From NCBI RefSeq assembly GCF_006345805.1, contig NC_043001.1, positions 28,086,001-28,150,000 of the forward strand: DNA of 64,000 nucleotides. The letters run 5' to 3'. Shown one piece after another: positions 63,040 to 64,000 of the stretch. The notes under the pieces were generated by a model. It was not told the origin of the DNA. It ran no database searches and saw nothing but the letters and a program-made list of their open reading frames with translations. The position numbers were made by a program, and so were the translations under genes. This DNA comes from Octopus sinensis. Taxonomy: Eukaryota. Positions within the stretch are counted from its first letter, which is position 1, and each line of letters opens with the position of its first letter.

Positions 63040-63698
63040 TGTGTGTGTGTATGTATAAGAAATTAAGGAAGGAAAATGCACACACTTTACATAGTTTTAA
63101 TATAATTTTTAATATACCTTGTATTGTGTTTGTCGACCTGCTTCGCTTTCGCTAGTCATGATGTTAAAATTTATTTAAATACGTATTTTCTTAAGAAGAA
63201 ATTTTTGGGTTCATGTTGTGTGTGAAATTTATATATTATATATATATCACTTCACTTTGATCACTTTGACCGACCAGTCCGTCAGGCGTCCATTTTACAC
63301 CGCTGGTCACAGCACGCTGTCCACTCCTCTCTGGATCGCGCCTTTCTCATCCACGTGATCCCAATCGTCCTCTTGAAATCGTCACTCCACCGTCGTGAAG
63401 GTCTTCCGGGTGGTCTTTTCCGCTCACGCGGGTACCACTCGACGACTGCGTGCGTCCGCCGATTATCGGTGAGCCGGGCGACGTGTCCAGCCCATCTTTA
63501 CTTGCTGCGAGTATACTCTGCGATGTCATATATAATGTAAGACGGGCTTGCACTCAGTGTCCGTTTATAATATTCGTTCACAAGGCATTGATTGAATCGG
63601 GTCTGTAGAAGAAAAGATTTGCCCAAGATGGCGCGTAGCGGGACTGAACCCCAAACCCCGTAGTTGCAAAGTAAAATTCTTAACCACACAGTCATGCC
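62820..63698 (-). mobile_element. diverged CORE-like SINE pieces (tail 62820-62945, head 63540-63698)
   Basis: TTTGCCCAAG...GGGACTGAACCC head; GCGGTTGACAAG tail block. Confidence 0.55.
63247..63530 (-). mobile_element. RTE-clade LINE 3' end
   Basis: minus strand RWAGHVARLTDNRRTHAVVEWYPRERKRPPGRPSRRWSDD; TCAAAGTGA-type tail. Confidence 0.85.
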
Positions 63699-64000
63699 TT
63701 CACTACATTCTCTGTATCTATTTCTCCTTCTCTCTCGTGTCGTTTATGAAACTTGATCCTTTCTCATATCTCCCCCTCTCTCCGTCTCTGAATTTCTATC
63801 ACTCTCCTTACTCTGTCGTTCTGCCTCTGTCTCAGTCCCTGCTCTCCCCTCTCTGTTTAGTTTTCTTTCGCTGTTTCCATTTTTTCCTAGTTTCATGACT
63901 GTATCTCCTCTCTGTCTCTCTCTCTCTCTCCTCAACCTCGATCCATGTCTTTTTAATGCACCTAGTTTCTGCAATTTTAGACTTTTGCTTTTTTTTCTCT

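Noticed and set aside
63624-63634. YY1-like CAAGATGGCG
   Set aside because: Arises by mutation within the CORE-SINE motif CCCAAGGTGCCACG

Overview
AT-rich, repeat-saturated eukaryotic DNA. The SINE and LINE repertoire and the very high microsatellite load point to an octopus or other coleoid cephalopod (inference). No host protein-coding exon could be confidently identified, so the window is probably a large intron or intergenic DNA; nearly all ORFs in the track are microsatellite or SINE read-throughs. Recognisable content: a near full-length RTE-clade LINE (about 11.6-15.6 kb); CR1-group, R4/Dong-like, Tx1-like and RTE fragments; a Penelope-like GIY-YIG remnant; non-autonomous Helitrons; MITEs; and three tRNA-derived SINE families (Meta-domain-like, CORE-like, and a third head with three alternative tails). 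Most notable: (1) several small TA-embedded fold-back elements and Penelope pseudo-LTRs carry minimal hammerhead-ribozyme motifs with palindromic stem III, including a non-canonical core seen in two copies; (2) Meta-type SINE tandem arrays have recurrent fixed junctions and a tail resembling the 3' end of a Tx1-like LINE, suggesting a SINE that inserts into its own head; (3) a 216-bp direct duplication flanks one SINE; (4) a candidate recursive splice site; (5) two promoter-like motif clusters. Many single-base deletions may be long-read consensus errors. Coordinates were read by eye and are approximate.
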